A stretch of DNA of 64,000 bases, taken from NCBI GenBank assembly GCA_047495785.1, contig JBLDXI010000021.1, positions 1,488,001 through 1,552,000 on the forward strand. Direction: 5' to 3'. Position 1 is the stretch's first letter. Every line of letters begins with the position of its first letter. This DNA comes from Lepidodermella squamata (lineage: Eukaryota; Animalia; Gastrotricha). Both the position numbers and the translations under genes were made by a program. The notes under the pieces were generated by a model, which saw only the letters and a list, made by a program, of their open reading frames with translations, searched no databases and was not told the DNA's origin. Positions 60,501 to 64,000 of this stretch are shown piece by piece.

Positions 60501-63500
60501 GAGTTTTGCCAAGTTTCGGGATTCGAATCAACTCGCCAAGTTCATTCGGCCCCAAATCGTAGTAACGTTCCCATGGGATGTTCTTCTTTTCCAACTTTCG
60601 GACAATATCTTCCGAAAGCTTTTTGAACTGACGAAGAGGGCACATTGAATCCCACATCTTCTTGTCAACCATTTTGCAAATGCACAACGCCTTTTGGGCC
60701 AAAGCTGCCCAACCTCGGTGGAGGGCGATTTCGAAAATAGCTCGGAATAAACGGCCGGCTGATTGGGAGATGTACACCATATCGGCGGAAAGCGAAAAGC
60801 CGTCAAGTTTCAGGTTGGAAATATAAGCCTGGAGCAGAACATTGACCTTGGCACTCGGCTCGTCGATACCTTCTTTCACTGGGATCGGAACTCGTTCCAA
60901 TAATTTTGTCAATTCCAGTTTTTCCTCATCACGAATGCTGATGTACTTGAATTCGGATGATAGTGAGAAAACTCGGAAAAGTTCGATTTCCGTCAAATAC
61001 GGCTTCATAAACTGGTTGTAAGTAGCCACGGTTTCGTGGGTCAAATAGTAATGGCTGGAAATTCGACCCAATTCAGTTGCCTGTAGCAGCCCGGTTTTTC
61101 GGTCGTATTTGATGATGTTATGCTTTGCCAAAATTGTCGCCGCAGTGTGGACCAAATCGCGGCGATGGGCCTCAAGCAACGCGTCGGCCTTGACCTTTTC
61201 AGGCGTGATTCCATACAACTGAGGGGCACGAATCATTCGAATATACAAATAAGTGTAACCGAGCCAGTTAATAGCATCGCGAACTGTTTGAATCGTGCCC
61301 AAAACAAGCTCAGCGTTGAGATTATCCGCCATTTTCGAAACGAACTGACTCTCGACCGGCAGTTGTTGGTTCATCAGCGACAGGTAGAACTGAAGCTCAG
61401 AGTGATTTGTGATCAAAATACCTTCACCCTTCGTGTCAAACTGAGGTCGACCAGCTCGACCCATCATTTGCATGACATCCAGGGCATTCAATTCGACCCA
61501 GCGACCTTTTTCAGGGCTGTAGATCTGCGTGCCTTTGATTATAACCGTATGAGCTGGCAAGTTCACACCCCAAGCCAGAGTTGCGGTTGAAACCAGCACT
61601 TGAATGTGCTTGTCCGCGAACAAATCTTCGACGAGGGTTCGATCGACACGGGTCATACCGGCGTGGTGAATGGCGAAACCGTACGGTAACAAATCTTTCA
61701 ATTCGGAATTTTTGGTTTTATCCGCCTCGGAGCGCAAAATCTCAGTGGAGGTGGATCCTTCCTTCAAAAACGCGCCAAGAGTATCTTTCTGAAGGCACAA
61801 GTCACGGATTGCACGAGCGGTTTTACCGGTTTCTTTTCGGGAATGAACGAAGACTAGAACTTGATGCTGACCAGCGTATTCTTGAATCTTTTCATAAACG
61901 ATTTCATTCATAATTTGGTAACGTTTAATCGCCTTCTTCTCCGTGATACCAATGTATTGCTGCTCGAGAGGAACTGGGCGGTAGGAGTTGTCGAAATAAA
62001 ACAACCCGCGCTGAGGGTCAACTCGCAAAAATGCAGCGACATCGGCGAAATTAGGCAGAGTTGCGGAAAGACCAACGAGACGAACCTCTTCCTGGGTCGT
62101 CTCCATGTTTCTAATCGTTCGCGCTATAAGTGACTCCAAAACAGGACCTCGGTCGTCGTGGAGTAAGTGAATTTCGTCGACAATCATCAAACGAACAAGC
62201 TGAGTATATGCTCGTTCACCGGCTTTTCGTGTGACTATGTCCCACTTCTCTGGGGTGCACACAATGACTTGAGTCTCTTCGATCTGCTCCTTGCTCAGCT
62301 GATGGTCACCGGTCAACTCAGCCACCTTAAGACCATAGGCTTGTAGCCTTTTCGAGAAGTTCAGCGTCATTTCAGCGACAAGTGATCGCATTGGAGCGAC
62401 GTAAATTATTTTGAACTCATCAGCTCGAATTTGACCGTCAGGGTTGACGTGCTTACCGATTTCGCGCATCATTGTCAATAAGGCGACGTTGGTTTTACCC
62501 GAACCTGTTGGAGCGCAGACTAACATGTGCTCATCACTTTCAAGAGCGCACTTCGAAACTCTGCTCTGAATGCGATTCAAATGTTTGTAACCGGCAAAAA
62601 CGGGTTGTGCATATTTAGGGAGATCATCGATCGCTACCAACTTCTCATTTTCGTCGAGCGGTTTCGGTTTCAAAGCAGGTATGTGAACTTCTTCATACCC
62701 CTTTTTCTGTTTGCGGAATGACTTGTCAGGCAGGTTCACCTGTTTATTCACCATCAAATGGCTGCCTTGTGTAAACGTCATATCCTCCAGGTCGAGAACT
62801 TCGGCGTCCCTCAGCATTGTATCCTCTGTTCCTGTAGCAGCCGGTAAGTCGTCCGTTTGCATAGAGCCCAACTCGGCTTCCACGCGATTTCGACGGCCTG
62901 CTTCTCGGCGCTCGCGCTCTTCTTTTACGATATCCTGTTGATCAGTCGAGCGAAGAGCGTTGAGAATTTTCAACAGCTTGCTGTCCTTTCGCATTTTGTC
63001 TTCGATAGATTTTCGCTCAGATTCGGTTTGGGCAGATGCCAACAAAGTGCAATACAAAACTTTAAAACAAAGAGTTTTAAAAAAAAAACTTCTTTGGGTG
63101 TAACAAAAACGTACTCATGTCGCGATGTTTCCGAATTACTTTGATGAAATCGAATACGTTGAATCCCAATAACAGGACAAGTTGATTTTCCATTTCGCGA
63201 TCATCGGCGTAATTCTAATGAAACGATGCGTTTTAAATGTAGCAATTACTACAACAAAGACTTACCTTCAAAATCTCCAGCACTTCAGCTGTTTTCTTCT
63301 GTGAATCAAGCTCGTTAGTATAGACCTTCTTCAGCTCTCTTTGAAGCCAGAAAGCGTCGATGTCACGAGGGTGAAGACCTTTGTCTTTAGTGCCAGAGCT
63401 ACCCCCATCATCTAATTGAGCTTTTAATACAGTCATCTCTTGCGCCTCAGCGCCTTCGTCTTCCTCGTCATCTTCGCGGATTTCATTAGCGTATCCACCC

Positions 63501-64000
63501 TCCTCCTCGGATTCGGAGGACTCTTCGAATTGAACGTTAACGCCATAATCGGCATCCAAATCGGCTTCGGCTTCTCCATCACCGGTTTTTCGTTTTTCCC
63601 CACCGGTATTCCAATCACTTATTTTCTTCGCCAAGTTGACAAGTAAAGCGTATCGTTCGTCAGGAAGTTGTCCAAGAAGTTCTTCGACGTCCCGGCGTCG
63701 CTCTTTGTCGCGAATTTTATCGTTTTTCAAGGTGAGCAGCACTTCATCAGCAGCACCGCACAAAACGTCGCGGGGCTAAACAGAAAGTATTTACTATTTA
63801 CAAATTAAAACTTGAAAGTCTCACCTGATCGCCGATAGACGCTTGCAGAAAACTGAGTAATACCTCATACGTCTGCTTAGTTTCAGGCGTCTTCGGTTTA
63901 TACAAGATGCCGGGCATGTCTTCGGCGTCATCAAGAACTGATACAATTTTCCCTTTTTTAGCTTTGACCATCATTTCTGAAGATTCATAATCCGCTTCGT
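57574..64000 (-). CDS. SNRNP200: U5 snRNP 200-kDa helicase Brr2; 5' end outside window
   Basis: Two Ski2-like helicase + Sec63 cassettes ([23 protein letters not shown]). N-terminal [13 protein letters not shown] and IDAFWLQR. Includes an in-frame 54-bp intron at 58695-58642. Confidence 0.98.

Noticed and set aside
57550-63646. Multiple plus-strand ORFs opposite SNRNP200
   Set aside because: Shadow frames of a conserved gene.

Overview
This is eukaryotic (animal) genomic DNA from a very compact, gene-dense genome. Introns are canonical GT-AG and mostly about 45-65 bp. The gene content suggests an invertebrate, but the taxon cannot be fixed from sequence alone. In order, the window holds: three ACE (peptidase M2) paralogs, TXNL1, NDUFS2, a HES bHLH-Orange gene, TTC1, AGBL4/CCP6, RABGGTB, an SLC17 transporter, a small 8-Cys secreted-type protein, COX18, an STK10/SLK kinase, TAPT1, a Mieap-domain protein, C20orf27/ADISSP, C2orf69, a double-domain Hillarin/KY-like protein, a second 8-Cys secreted protein, a prohormone-like precursor and SNRNP200/Brr2 (5'-truncated by the window edge). 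There are also three inverted-repeat (MITE-like) elements and a non-LTR retrotransposon relic. Main leads: (1) Two small spliced genes, 25 kb apart on opposite strands, each encode a 123-aa protein. They share an 8-Cys scaffold, a basic cleavage-like site and an identical phase-2 intron, and I cannot assign them to a known family. (2) COX18 stops 38 nt before the SLK ATG, and that gap is a branch point, U-tract and AG. This suggests polycistronic transcription resolved by trans-splicing, inside a run of ten co-oriented genes. (3) The ACE triplet has diversified: two copies have GPI-type tails, and one soluble copy carries Glu in place of the chloride-binding Arg. All gene models were spliced by eye and no database searches were run.
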